Source of the DNA: Laetmonice hystrix
Lineage: Eukaryota
Length of the DNA: 64,000 bases
Direction of reading: 5' to 3'
Assembly (NCBI GenBank): GCA_965235115.1
Contig: OZ249436.1
Location: 14,324,001 to 14,388,000, forward strand
The position numbers and the translations under genes were made by a program. Below are positions 14,001-29,000 of this stretch, one piece after another (the first letter of the stretch is position 1; the number at the start of each line of letters is the position of its first letter). Under the pieces are notes generated by a model. That model searched no databases, was not told where the DNA came from, and saw only the letters and a program-made list of their open reading frames with translations.

Positions 14001-17000
14001 TGTCAATTACCATGATCCTGCCCCCCGCCCATTATCACAGACTGTGTCAGTGGTACCATCCTGTCCCCCGCCCATTATCACAGACTGTGTCAGTGGTACC
14101 ATCCTGTCCCCCACCCAGTATCACAGACTGTCAGTGGTATCATCCTGTCCCCCACCCAGTATCACAGACTGTGTCAGTGGTATCATCCTGACCCCCGCCC
14201 AGTATCACAGACTGTGTCAGTGGTACCATCCTGACCCCCACCCAGTATCACAGACTGTGTCAGTGGTACCATCCTGACCCCCGCCCAGTATCACAGACTG
14301 TGTCAGTGGTACCATCCTAACCCCCACCCAGTATGACAGACTCTCAGTGGTATCATCCTGACCCCCCACCCAGTATCACAGACTGTCAGTGGTATCATCC
14401 TGACCCCCACCCAGTATCACAGACTGTGTCAGTGGTACCATCCTAACCCCCACCCAGTATCACAGACTGTGTCAGTGGTACCATCCTCACCCCCACCCAG
14501 TATCACAGACTGTGTCAGTGGTATCATCCTCACCCCCACCAAGTATCACAGACTGTGTCAGTGGTATCATCCTCACCCCCACCCAGTATCACAGACTGTG
14601 TCAGTGGTACCATCCTGACCCCCACCCAGTATGACAGACTCTCAGTGGTATCATCCTGACCCCCACCCAGTATGACAGACTCTCAGTGGTATCATCCTGA
14701 CCCCCCACCCAGTATCACAGACTGTCAGTGGTATCATCCTGACCCCCACCCAGTATCACAGACTGTGTCAGTGGTACCATCCTAACCCCCACCAAGTATC
14801 ACAGACTGTGTCAGTGGTATCATCCTGACCCCCGCCCAGTATCACAGACTGTGTCAGTGGTACCATCCTGACCCCCACCCAGTATCACAGACTGTGTCAG
14901 TGGTACCATCCTGACCCCCGCCCAGTATCACAGACTGTGTCAGTGGTACCATCCTAACCCCCACCCAGTATGACAGACTCTCAGTGGTATCATCCTGACC
15001 CCCCACCCAGTATCACAGACTGTCAGTGGTATCATCCTGTCCCCCACCCAGTATCACAGACTGTGTCAGTGGTATCATCCTGACCCCCCACCCAGTATCA
15101 CAGACTGTCAGTGGTACCATCCTAACCCCCACCCAGTATCACAGACTGTGTCAGTGGTACCATCCTCACCCCCACCCAGTATCACAGACTGTGTCAGTGG
15201 TACCATCCTGACCCCCACCCAGTATCACAGACTGTGTCAGTGGTATCATCCTGTCCCCCACCCAGTATCACATACTGTGTCAATGGTACCATCCTGACCC
15301 CCACCCAGTATCACAGACTATGTCAAGTACCATGATCCTGTCTCCCACCCAGTATCACAGACTGTCAGTGGTACCATCCTGACCCCCACCCAGTATTACA
15401 GACTGTGTCAGTGGTATCATCCTGACCCCCACCCAGTATCACAGACTGTGTCAGTGGTACCATCCTGACCCCCACCCAGTATCACAGACTGTGTCAGTGG
15501 TATCATCCTGACCCCCACCCAGTATCACAGACTGTGTCAGTGGTATCATCCTGACCCCCGCCCAGTATCACAGACTGTGTCAGTGGTACCATCCTGACCC
15601 CCACCCAGTATTACAGACTGTGTCAGTGGTATCATCCTGACCCCCGCCCAGTATCACAGACTGTGTCAGTGGTACCATCCTGACCCCCACCCAGTATCAC
15701 AGACTGTGTCAGTGGTATCATCCTGACCCCCACCCAGTATCACAGACTGTGTCAGTGGTACCATCCTGACCCCCGCCCAGTATCACAGACTGTGTCAGTG
15801 GTACCATCCTAACCCCCACCCAGTATGACAGACTCTCAGTGGTATCATCCTGACCCCCCACCCAGTATCACTGACTGTCAGTGGTATCATCCTCACCCCC
15901 ACCAAGTATCACAGACTGTGTCAGTGGTATCATCCTGACCCCCACCCAGTATCACAGACTGTCAGTGGTACTATCCTGACCCCCACCCAGTATCACAGAC
16001 TGTGTCAGTGGTATCATCCTGACCCCCGCCCAGTATCACAGACTGTGTCAGTGGTATCATCCTGCCCCCACCCAGTATCACAGACTGTCAGTGGTATCAT
16101 CCTGACCCCCCACCCAGTATCACAGACTGTGTCAGTGGTATCATCCTGACCCCCACCCAGTATCACAGACTGTCAGTGGTATCATCCTGCCCCCACCCAG
16201 TATCACAGACTGTCAGTGGTATCATCCTGACCCCCCCCCCCAGTATCACAGACTGTGTCAGTGGTATCATCCTGACCCCCACCCAGTATCACAGACTGTG
16301 TCAGTGGTATCATCCTGACCCCCCCCCCCCCACCCAGTATCACAGACTGTGTCAGTGGTATCATCCTGACCCCCACCCAGTATCACAGACTGTGTCAGTG
16401 GTATCATCCTGACCCCCACCCAGTATCACAGACTGTGTCAGTGGGATCATCCTGTCCCCCACCCAGTATCACAGACTGTGTCAGTGGTACCATCCTGACC
16501 CCCACCCAGTATCACAGACTGTCAGTGGTATCATCCTCACCCCCACCCAGTATCACAGACTGTGTCAGTGGTATCATCCTCACCCCCACCAAGTATCACA
16601 GACTGTGTCAGTGGTATCATCCTCACCCCCACCCAGTATCACAGACTGTCAGTGGTATCATCCTCACCCCCACCCAGTATCACAGACTGTCAGTGGTATC
16701 ATCCTTACCCCCCACCCAGTATCACAGACTGTGTCAGTGGTACCATCCTGACCCCCACCCAGTATCACAGACTGTCAGTGGTACTATCCTGACCCCCACC
16801 CAGTATCACAGACTGTGTCAGTGGTATCATCCTCACCCCCACCAAGTATCACAGACTGTGTCAGTGGTATCATCCTCACCCCCACCCAGTATCACAGACT
16901 GTCAGTGGTATCATCCTCACCCCCACCCAGTATCACAGACTGTCAGTGGTACCATCCTGACCCCCACCCAGTATCACAGACTATGTCAAGTACCATGATC

Positions 17001-20000
17001 CTGACCCCCCACCCAGTATCACAGACTGTGTCAGTGGTACCATCCTGTCCCCCGCCCAGTATCACAGACTGTGTCAGTGGTACCATCCTAACCCCCACCC
17101 AGTATGACAGACTCTCAGTGGTATCATCCTGACCCCCCACCCAGTATCACTGACTGTCAGTGGTATCATCCTCACCCCCACCAAGTATCACAGACTGTGT
17201 CAGTGGTATCATCCTGACCCCCACCCAGTATCACAGACTGTCAGTGGTACTATCCTGACCCCCACCCAGTATCACAGACTGTGTCAGTGGTATCATCCTG
17301 ACCCCCGCCCAGTATCACAGACTGTGTCAGTGGTATCATCCTGACCCCCACCCAGTATCACAGACTGTCAGTGGTATCATCCTGCCCCCACCCAGTATCA
17401 CAGACTGTCAGTGGTATCATCCTGACCCCCCCCCCCCCAGTATCACAGACTGTGTCAGTGGTATCATCCTGACCCCCACCCAGTATCACAGACTGTGTCA
17501 GTGGTATCATCCTGCCCCCACCCAGTATCACAGACTGTCAGTGGTATCATCCTGACCCCCCACCCAGTATCACAGACTGTGTCAGTGGTATCATCCTGAC
17601 CCCCACCCAGTATCACAGACTGTCAGTGGTATCATCCTGCCCCCACCCAGTATCACAGACTGTCAGTGGTATCATCCTGACCCCCCCCCCCCCAGTATCA
17701 CAGACTGTGTCAGTGGTATCATCCTGACCCCCACCCAGTATCACAGACTGTGTCAGTGGTATCATCCTCACCCCCACCAAGTATCACAGACTGTGTCAGT
17801 GGTATCATCCTCACCCCCACCCAGTATCACAGACTGTCAGTGGTATCATCCTCACCCCCACCCAGTATCACAGACTGTCAGTGGTATCATCCTTACCCCC
17901 CACCCAGTATCACAGACTGTGTCAGTGGGATCATCCTGTCCCCCGCCCAGTATCACAGACTCTCAGTGGTATCATCCTGACCCCCCCCACCCAGTATCAC
18001 AGACTGTGTCAGTGGTATCATCCTGACCCCCACCCAGTATCACAGACTGTCAGTGGTATCATCCTGACCCCCACCCAGTATCACAGACTGTGTCAGTGGT
18101 ATCATCCTCACCCCCACCCATCCCAGTGTTATAACAGATTGTGTCCGCAGGTCTGCAGGTAGCAGCAGCAGTAGCAGCCTGGCCAAGCGCTGATCTCACA
18201 ACTGAGGAGCAGGCAGTGAGTGTGGAACGCTCCCCTACACACCTTCGTCACCAGTTCTGTCTCCACTGGTTGGGATCTAACTGCTCAGTACGGTACCACC
18301 TCCTACTACAAGCCTCACCCTCGGTCGCTCCATCATAAAGTTATTGCTTCACCAACGGCAGCCTTTCAGTCCTCCCCAACTTTAAAGCGAGCAGAGAAGA
18401 TCGCAACTGTTGGTACAGTAGAGTAGGAAGTCACTTGGCGGACGTCGGTCTGAGCGTGATACCATGGCTTCCAAGCTAACAGTCTTCATGACGATCTATA
18501 TCACAGTCTTTATCGTCAGTCTGACCATAGGTAAGTTTGTATCGTTCCAACTGACATGTTCCTGGTCATGGACTGTCCAACAATACCATATCAACAAAAC
18601 CATTTTACGTGGGCTCCATCCCAATGTGGGAGTACTTTTACTGTTATCATACGTTGGGCACACTCATAACCTCTTGGTCCGGAACCTAAAATTGTAAGTG
18701 TCGTACAGAGGACTGTATAGTACGCCGTACGGTAACAGCTGTTTACAAGTTGTATCTTACGTTCTGGCCGGAACTAACTGGCCGGAATCTGTAGAAACTA
18801 TCCTGTAAGTTAAGCTAAGATTAACAAGGCCAGCGCTAACTCTGCTGTTAGGTACAATGCTAACTGTAGATTATGGGTGATGACGAATGATGTACAGTTA
18901 ATCCCAATGCTGGCGTGGCCTTGCAGCGCTGACAGTGGCAGCACCCGCACGGAGTGAGCCCGATAAGGAGGACACCAGGCCACTGTACAGAGCCATCAGG
19001 GACTTTGGAAGAGGTAATACCCTAGTCACACTAGACGCGGAATCAGCCAGAATGCTGTCAGAATGAAAAGTCTTGGTATATTCCTGGATATTCGAAGTGC
19101 ATTCTAAAAGTTCTGACTGCATTCTGAGTGCATTCCAAATATTCGGGCCCATTCTTGTGGCCGGCCCGAAGGTTTTGCTCATGCTCAAAACTTTCAAGGT
19201 GCATTCGAAGTGGAAAAATATCGAACGACATTCGAAGGGTATTCTAATTGCACTCTGACTGCATTCTAAATTTCTTACGGCATTCCAACAGCATTCGAAA
19301 CATTCTGATTGCATTCAAGGGAAAATCGAAACGGCAAGCCACTTCAAATCCTGCCAGAATGTTCCGAATGCGCCTCGAATGAGCCGGAATGCACCTCGAA
19401 TGCATCTCGATTGCTGCCGGAATCTATACTCGGGACATTCGTATTACATGCTAAGTACATTCGAAGTGCATTCTAAGTATTCAAGCTGCATTTTTGGACG
19501 TTCAAACCATATTCGGCGGCCATTCCGGGAGCGTTCTGGCTGCATTTGAGGTGAATTCGTACAGCATTCGAGGCACCTTCCAACTAGACTTCGGGTGGTA
19601 TTTGGGCAGCAATCGAACCGCACTCATACGGCATTCGAGGTGCATTCTAAATATTCTGACTGCTTTCTAACAGCATTCTAAATATTCCCATAGACGTATG
19701 ATATTCCTACTGTGTTCCAACTACATTCGAGCTGCATTCGTGAGCTAATACACCCGGAATGTGCAAGAATCATTCGAGGCGTGTTCGAAGCGCATTCTAA
19801 GTATTCGAATGCCATTCTTACAAAGCTGTAAGAATTTTGGTCAATTTGAAATTCCCTCCCGAATGTGGCGCGAATTTGGAGAATTCTTCATTCCGGCTGG
19901 TTCTGCTTGATTCCTGCTGATTCCGAATAAGTGTGACGGGTGAATGCAGGGAGCAAGCGGGGGGTCACCACTGACCAATAGAAGTGGAGGTCTACAAAAA

Positions 20001-23000
20001 AAGCTCTTTTAGAATGCCGCGAAATTCGAAGATATACCTTCTTCGTATAACCAGCTGAAATGAGATACAGACTTAGGGGTGGACGCTACTGGGATGAAGC
20101 CATATCACCTATCGAAATACTTTGTTCACTTAAAGCCATTCACGACTATCTCTTAGTTCGATTACTCCAAAATGAAGACATAGGCATAGGAAGACATAGA
20201 TAAGACCTCAAGGTCATGTGTGGCACCTATCAAATCTCTCACCATATCTCGCCATGGTAACCAATGTATCCAACCCAAACCTATTACATATCAATATAAT
20301 GCATTTCAATACAAAGAACAAGTATTTTTTATTTTAAAAATGTTAAGATATCTATATGTCACCACTTGTTCTTTCTATCAAAATACATAATATTGATATG
20401 TAATGGGGTTGACTTAGTGTAGCACATGACCTTAAAGTCCAACAGACATCAAAATTTACATGAAATTTAGTGCCAGATCCTGATGATACATGTAATTTGT
20501 TGTTGTTTAACTTAAAGGAGCGGTTATTGTACAAGAATATGAACTGTGTGTAAGCCGTTTTAAACACCAATTCCCCTAGTGACGTCATCAGGGGCAATGG
20601 TAAAGAATAGGCAGGAGTGAGACTGTGATGAGGCGCGACATTCGAATTTTCAATATTTTTCTAAATTGAGAGGACTTCTCAGAAAACCTATCAGGGATAC
20701 GGCTACAACTCAAAGTGATCTATCTAGATCAGTAAAGTTACCTATGTGATGTCAGTTGCACTTTAAGCCCGCCGTACACTGTCACGACTTTGCCCTATAC
20801 GCCCGACCTCGACTGACGTTCCTTCCCGAAGGCCGGTGGTTTCCTCCGGGTACTCCGGTTTCCTCCACCAAGAAAAACTGACTTTCATCATCTTCACCGC
20901 CACACGACTGCCGGGTTACGGGTACATGCCCTGAGGTAATCTTGCGGCTAAGAGTGTGAGTGTACGATTACGAACTTTGACAAACAACTAATCGCGATGC
21001 ATCATGACGATGATGATAATTAGGCCTACGCAAGATGCTTTATGGGTCCCCGAGGCGCTACCTCCAAATGGGAACGGGGTCTTGTTATTCACCAGACCTG
21101 TGATAACGAAGAAGGGCGACAACAGGCCTTGGTGACACCATACTGCATGACGCCTCGGGCACAGTGAACCTGTTGCTCGCCCACAGCCCACACTGGTCCA
21201 CGTTAAGGATCCAACTTCCTTGGCCGCCTCTAACAGCACCTGGAGGGGGTAGAAGCGGCTGTAGTAATAGGCCTCATCACCAGCATACAACTTGAGGCAC
21301 AGAGCCTATGGATTTAGTCGTTATTACACGGAGCAAGACCTCCGACAGACAATCTCCTGGCGACAGCTGACCTTCCCAAAATTTGAAGGTTAAATCCTGG
21401 AGGCGATTTCTTTTCTTTCATGTATGCAATGAATGCACCCCAACACCTTCACACGTGACATAAGCTAAATACTACAGTATACGAGTTCGTCTTGAGAGCA
21501 ATATTGATCGAACAAAATGATGAACAATGGGAGGGTTGTGTTACATGTCCATCCCATGTTGTTGGGTAACGCGGTAACGTTGTGGACAGTTGTCTCACTG
21601 AACCCTATCATTCATACTCCGGTTTCTTCAGGTTTGGCTTGGTGGACAGCGAGGGGTTGGTGTGTGGGTCAACCCTCATGTAATCCGGCAGTGCCGTTAT
21701 CAGATATATTGACATTTAATTATATACTGCGTCCATGATATGCTCACTGCGAGGAAGGGATAGAGAGCGAGGCAAGAAAACTGATTGAAACTAAACAGAA
21801 ACACAAATTTTCTGTTTCCTCAAGTCCAGAGAGAAAGCCGCACCACCGCTATGAACTTAGGAGCCCGTGTCGCTGACGTTTAGTGTGGTACAACCCAAGT
21901 CACGTTCGTCAAGAGACAGGCCCTTTGACGTTACGTCGAGAAACGGTCAAATCCGTAGTGTCGGCCATGCTATTCGATAACCGCCAACAGCCAAGCGAAG
22001 TTTCTGCCATCTTCACATCCGATCTGACCAAATGGTCTCGAGCTGAGCTGGTCGGCCGCACAGTCGGCGGATCGTTTACAAGATCTATAGAGGGTCGCTT
22101 GAATGGGATCGATGGAGTAGGTGGGACAGCTGCGACATCAGATAGTCATGCAATACGTGGGTGGTTTTTTTTCGATTTTTAGCGCTAAAAACAGTCGTGA
22201 CGTGTAGTTGTCGGGTCGGAAGATATCTAGCAGTGCTAGATTTTTTACGACAAATAGTCGGCGACAAATAGTTAGCGACATAAAATCGTAAGTCGCAGCG
22301 TGTATCACCCGCTTACGAAGAACTGCAATCATTATACCTGCGGCTGTGCCTGTGTCATCTAAGATATGGGCCCGGTTTTTTTGTTTACTTTTCCACCGTG
22401 AGCAAGGGTGAGCTGAGCAGAGCAAGGGTGAGCATGAGCTCATTCTCACCGTTTTCGCGTTTTTTTTTGGTTTTTTTTTTCATGAGACGTGCTCATGGTG
22501 AGCAAGCTCACGGGAAAACACCCCAAAAACGAAAACAGTGAGCAAAACGGTGAGCATCAGGACTACTTTCCTGCAAACACTGTAACATCTGAATTGTGGC
22601 TGGCTGAAAACATAATGTCCGTTAACGTGCCTGTGTTACTTTGTACATTACAGATGCCAACCACTGGCGTCTGGTGCGGCGACATGATAACCTGCCTGAG
22701 ATAACAGGCCCGTCCGACCTGAGCCCCGAGGATGTTGTCTGGCTGCTCGGTTCCATTGGCCGCAGGAGGAAGTGAAGACCGACCTCAGCAGCCTCATCCT
22801 CCCCATCACCTCCTCCCTCTCCTGCTACTCTGACCATCCCTCACGATATGTGTTCTAACTCACAGACCCTGGAGGAACTGCGCGCCAACTTGAAGTGACA
22901 AGGCTGACACAAACTGGGCATGCCATCAACCAAAGCCAAACGTTTGTAGATGAACGGAGCCGTGGATGTACACCTGCTCACACACTGACTATGTCAGCGA

Positions 23001-26000
23001 TACCGCACGGCCCTCACTTCGTTGTTACAGTCACCACTTGGTTCCATTACCCTTAATGTCATACAACTTCTCATCGGCACGCTCTGGAAGTAAACATTTC
23101 GAGGGTCCGAGGGTCACTCTAGTTTGATGATTAAACATTTCAGACTTCAGATACATCTTCTTTGGTCTCTGATATTAACTTCCTGCACCGATATCCTGCA
23201 GCGGCGAACACCATCTGATACACGGAAAATGGCTACAGCCGTTCTCATCCAGTCCACGGACATTGGAACACTGACCCTTAACATACGCCTTTACTGTTAC
23301 TTATCTTTAGTAATGTTATTTTATCCTGCTTGACCTCTGTTCAGTGCTCAAAGGCGTAATTCGAATATCAGACTGGGACTGGGCCTAAACTGAAACGGAA
23401 ACTCCGTTACTTACAGTATTAAAATGATATGCTGAAATCAGAAAACCCCCAGTAACGTGTGGTTATATTCTATCTGATGTCAATATCTGTTTCTGCACCT
23501 TTACAGTAAATAAACAATTCAGCACGGATGTTTTAAACTTTTAACATAATTATTTGTTATTCCTCATACAAGTTCCACTTCCTCCCGTTTTGATCACTCT
23601 GCTAAATGTTTTTACACAGATCAGATCAGTAGTCCCGGGGTCTGAATGGTTCTCCGAGCAACAGCTTCTAAGACACGATTCCCACGATTCTGTTTCCCAC
23701 TGCTCCCTCAAAACATTAAACCAATCCCCACTCCCCAAATAACTAAAACCCCGTCATATCCCCCCCCCCCCCAACTGGGCAGGAATTAACTATCCGTGGG
23801 TCTAGGAACGATGTGCACTTTGTTTTTTGGGGGGGGATAGAGTCCATGTGAGAACATATTCTGACAAATAAAACTTGTAATATGACTTCCTACCCATCGT
23901 TAATTATAGTATGGTTATCTTGACCACTTAAGCAGATAGAACCTATTGAAACGTCATATATATGACTTCCTACCCACGATCACCTGAAACTATGTGGTTT
24001 TCTTGAACAGTTCTAGAGATATGAGCTATCCAAAAGACGCAGGTACTGGTTTGACCCTTCCAAAATTTTCTGTTGAATGAAACTTCACAGACAGCTTCAT
24101 ATTCATGTTAAATAGTAACTTTGTGATTATCGTACACAGTTTGGGGGATATGAACCATTGAAAATATGCATGACTCTGTCTGACATTTATAGGTCACCGA
24201 AAATGGCACTAGACGAAAGGTCATGACTTCCTATCTGTCAACAATAGTAACTACAAGGTTATTTTGCACCATTTTCGAGATATGAGCAAAACCAGTGTTA
24301 TGTTGAGGGTCAAAAACAACCATGGCTGCCATATCACCATATTTGACCTTGACTGAGAATACATTGGCATATATACGTCCCTTCTCATATTCCTACCTTG
24401 CACCTCATTTGAAAGAAATCGGGATCGTTTTCTGAGTCATTGCTCGAAATGTGTTTACATCCAAGATGGCTGCCAAGCGGCCATTTTGAATAATATGAGA
24501 AATACATATGTATATAATGACATTAACAAAAACCTTAAGTACTGCAGCGTTAAACTGTCTGCAGATGACACAGCGTTATATACTAGCCATTCGAGTATTC
24601 AAACTGCAGGACACAATTTGCAATGCGATTTGAATATCCTAGCCAACTGGTGTGAATTAAACAAAATCACTATTAATGTGAACAAAACTAAAGCAATGCT
24701 CTTTGGAACCAAAGCTATTGTTAAAAGGGCAACCAAAAGTGAATTATATTTAGATAATAAACGGATTGATTACGTAAATGTTTACAAATACCTGGGCATA
24801 CACCTTGACAGTCATTTGACGTTTAATAAACAACTTAATGAAATGACGAAAATCACTGCATTTAAAACGCACCAATTGGCAAAGGTCAGAAAGTACATCA
24901 ACAAACACGCGGCTCTAACCATTTATAAAAGCATGATACTACCATATTTTGATTATGGCGATATACTAGTAATAGCTTCCCAACATAAACAACTCGACAA
25001 GTTACAAAAAATTCAAAATAGAGCTCTGCGAATCTGTCTATACAAAGAACGTCGATACCCAATCGACAACTTACATTATGAAGCAGGATTGCCTCTCCTT
25101 AGCTTCCGTAGATACTCTCACCTGTTAAACTATATGTTTAAACGAAAGGATAGCCTAAACTATCGCGACTCAAGGCAGATTAACACCAGATATCACTCTA
25201 CTATAGTACTTTATGTTACCAAACCTAACTGTGAAGCATTTAAAAGAAGCGTTCGTTATAAAGGTGCATTAGCCTGGAACAACCTTGATTCTGAATTTAA
25301 AGTTGTTGAATCTTATCAGTCTTTTAAAAGAAAACAAAGGAACTGGCTCAAAAGTATGATACCCGTCCCTTCATAGTGAGGAATTATATATAATACTCCA
25401 CCCCCTTGATTCAAGGTTACAGTCATTGGTTTTTAATGTGTTTGTGACTGTATAATATCACATATTTTTGTTAATACGTTGTGTAGTGACATAAGAGTTA
25501 CATATTATGCTATGATTATATAGAGATTCACCTGTATAAGCAGCAGGCGTTTGTGGAAGATCAACCGCTGTAGGTTGAACATGTACTGCCTGGATAAATA
25601 AAGTATTCAACAAAAAAAAATATTTGACATGCAGTATCCTCGGACCATCTCTGATCACTGAGTAAAGCTTCATGAACCCATACACTACTGAGAAATCGCT
25701 GGCTACGGACGTACGGACGGAAGTCAAATTAGAAGCCCCCGCCCCTTCGGGTTGGGGGCTAAAAAGAAAGAAAAGTTTACTGCTGCCTCTTCCGGAAGAT
25801 CTGGGATGTTCTCCATCAGGTACGGACTGACTACGTTCGAACCAAGTACTATATCTCCTTAGCCTCTAGGTGGAAAATACACCCACTCAACTACCAAGAA
25901 AATTGTTTCACCCCCCCCCCCTCCCTCCTTTAATAGCAGCTGTCTGTGATTGTCTTCTGGTCAGATTGTAACATTGACGTGTGATCATGCCATAAAAGTG

Positions 26001-29000
26001 AAAGGAAAAAAAATAATGAATGTATACGTAGAACTCATACCTTCTAGGGGTAACGGCAGATCATATTCTGCCCTGCCATTTTTATTTTTTGGTTAATTTG
26101 GTTTAACATGCTTTTATCTATTTTTCCAATCTGTTATGAATGTTATGTCCTCCTAAAAGAAATCTGAATGTTATGTCCTCCTAAAATAAATCTGACCAAA
26201 AATAGAATATTCTCTCGAGAATTACTCCTGTAATAATCAGGACAGGATAGAATCCCAGCATTTCCTAATGCAATCACTCAACAGAGCTAGTAATTTTAGA
26301 ACGGGACATGGAATGACATAATTATATGCCTTGACCTTGGAAGGAGAACTTGGATGACTAGCAGAAATTACAGGTGGCGAGCGTGATCTGAGAATCCGGA
26401 AACCGCCGTTTCTGGTAACCGTAATGACAAGCTATGCCCGAGAGGGAAGGTTAGATCCCCGCTCCATTACGGGCAGAGGAAGACTCTGCACGTTGTCAGG
26501 TGGATCAGCTGCAGTCAGTCTGAGGAAAGTGTGACATGTGAGGGGGCGGGCGGTTTATAATTATAACGAAATTACCAAACGTCAACCTGTCGTTAACCGT
26601 GAGGCAACGTATGCCACGTAAAAGGATTCTCCGACATCTTCGGCAACGCTCAAGTGTGTGGGCACCAGCTGACTCCAGGGTTATCATTTTGCCGTGTGTC
26701 TATGCCATACAGGCTAACAGGTTTTACACATAGGCCTACATCAACTCCAAGCCCCCCCCCCCCCCCCCATTGCAAAATCCTGGATCCGGCCCTGATTGGT
26801 ACAGCTCAGCGACCATGACGTAAGTAGTGTGGAAAGAACGTCATCGATTAGTTGGTGACAGTCATAATCTAAAAAACTACATAACTTTCATTGCAGTTAA
26901 CTGACACACGACACCACTACTCTGTCCCTAATCAGGCAGGCAGGCATCCTGACGAGAACGGAAAAATTGTTTCTACTGCAACCACTTGAGAGATCGACGT
27001 CAAGCCAAGCGTTGAAAGAACACGTATCTATCTGGTTCATGGTGGTTTTATTCTAACTAACCTTTTAGTTTTAAACATTAACTTCCACATTCGTATCGAC
27101 ATCAGCTGGATTGGGCACATAGGGATAAAGGAAATGCTCCCCAGACACTGACATTTTGCTGTCCTTTCTATCTCAGACCAAATATCACTTGGCCGACCGT
27201 CGTTTCAGCGTTACAATAGCAACAAGATCTGATGGGTAACTACAGAACGGAGCTGAAGGTCTTCACACGTTTCTTTCGTACTTCACCATTAAACACTATC
27301 ATTACCCTGGGGCCGAGAGAAAAGCGGAATTCACCGTAAAAAGAACTCAACCGTTATACCAGCCCAGTCAGTGGCACACCGGCCAAGTCCCCAACCACCA
27401 ACTGCGTTTCTAGGGGAACTTGTTAATTCGACATTTTACCCTGGAATGTCCCCGTAAAGTGGCCTTGGATACCAGCCATGCTTCCCTGACCTTTGTGGCC
27501 CTTTCACAGCAAAGAGTTGTTCAGGTCCCTTTACCCCAAACTTCCGATAAAAAAAGTAAAATGGCCAAATTTGGGGAGTCGCACGAACGCGAGCGCTGTG
27601 CGCATGCGTGGCGGAGTGGACCACCGGGGATTTCCAGCTGGTGTTGTCTCCACATTACCTGAAAGCTGCAGCGGTAGGATGGCCATAATCAATGGGGGAT
27701 GGCTCGCGGCAGGGGGGTGGGGGTGGTTATAATGGTTACTTCCATTCTCCCACACAGAGAGTTCGGACTGCTACCTGCAATGTTAGGATGACATTTCACT
27801 GGTGTGAATAATGCCCCTCTCAGGATGAGACTTCAATGGTATATGCATATTAAAATCTTCAATTATATGCATATCAAATATCTTTAATTAATCCGATAGC
27901 ACTAACGAATCGGCCGCCCCCCCCCTGGCTACGGCCCTGATACTGCCTGTCTTGAGGCGGAAGTGCAATGGTGAAGGTTTCCTTTTATTCCATCGAAATA
28001 CATTGACACCAATAGACCTTATGCCAATTTGTGAGAGGCCGGATATAGACGACGGATGGATATAACAATAGACTCAGATACCAAGGGGATCACTGGCATT
28101 GAAAACAAGTTTCCTGCTAATACAGGTAGAAGCAGAAAGGCCATTTCTTGAAGCTCGGGAAATGGACGGATCATAAGAACAATGTAGTCAATGCCTTACT
28201 GTCTACCACAACCGTTGGTAAAACGAGACAACTGCTCGCTTCTGAAAACACACGTCTGGAGTTTCATTCCCGTACACCACAAAAATAAACATTTATCAGC
28301 TGAAAGCAGTAAAGTAAATCTGCTCCTAAACAAGTCTACCTTCAGGCCCCGGTTTCAACAAAGTGGTTAAGTTACCTAAGTTGGTTAAGATGAATTCGAA
28401 CCAGAGATTAACCAATCAGGAAACAATTAACCAATCTTGGTTAAAGTCAGAGTTAATCACGATTTTAACCAACTTAGTTAACTTAACCACTTTCTTTAAA
28501 CTGGGGCCAGATAGTCCATTCAAGACACGAAAGTTGCTTAAGTACTCTTTTTTTCCCCTTCTAGTACACATTACAAACACAAACTGTTCTAAACAGGACC
28601 AAATCTGAATTGAAGAAAATATGTGTTTAACATAATATACATTTTATCCTTGATTTCGGATAATCGATTTTCGAAGTGGAAACTGATCTTTGGAATCCTT
28701 ACTTCCGTTTTGTCACTGCAATATTATGCGATACAGATTGCATGAGTCTATATTGTGATAATAAAATAATAAAAATAATAAGATTTACGATGACAATGTA
28801 ACAAAATCAGCTCTCCCCTAAGTTAGTATGTAACCTTCCTTTTCATTCCGACGTCAACTCCACACACTTTCACCATAACTCGATCGAGATAACAATAACC
28901 TGAGCCCTAACTAACTTCTCTTAATTCTGTCCCTGGGCCTCAAATCTTAATCAAACCTTTGAATTGCAGCACTTGAAGCGATCGATTTGGCTGGAGGTGT

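Noticed and set aside
13946..18130. Regular ~43-bp periodicity resembling a CRISPR array or a repetitive protein
   Set aside because: There are no unique spacers, the context is a eukaryotic intron, and frames shift and stop constantly; it is a minisatellite.
24486..25376. 296-aa ORF as a host gene
   Set aside because: It is a truncated LINE reverse transcriptase with no real start and an altered catalytic motif (SADD).
26373..26450. RIRKPPF resembling the SIFamide N-terminus
   Set aside because: Not followed by NGSIFG; no signal-peptide exon could be linked.
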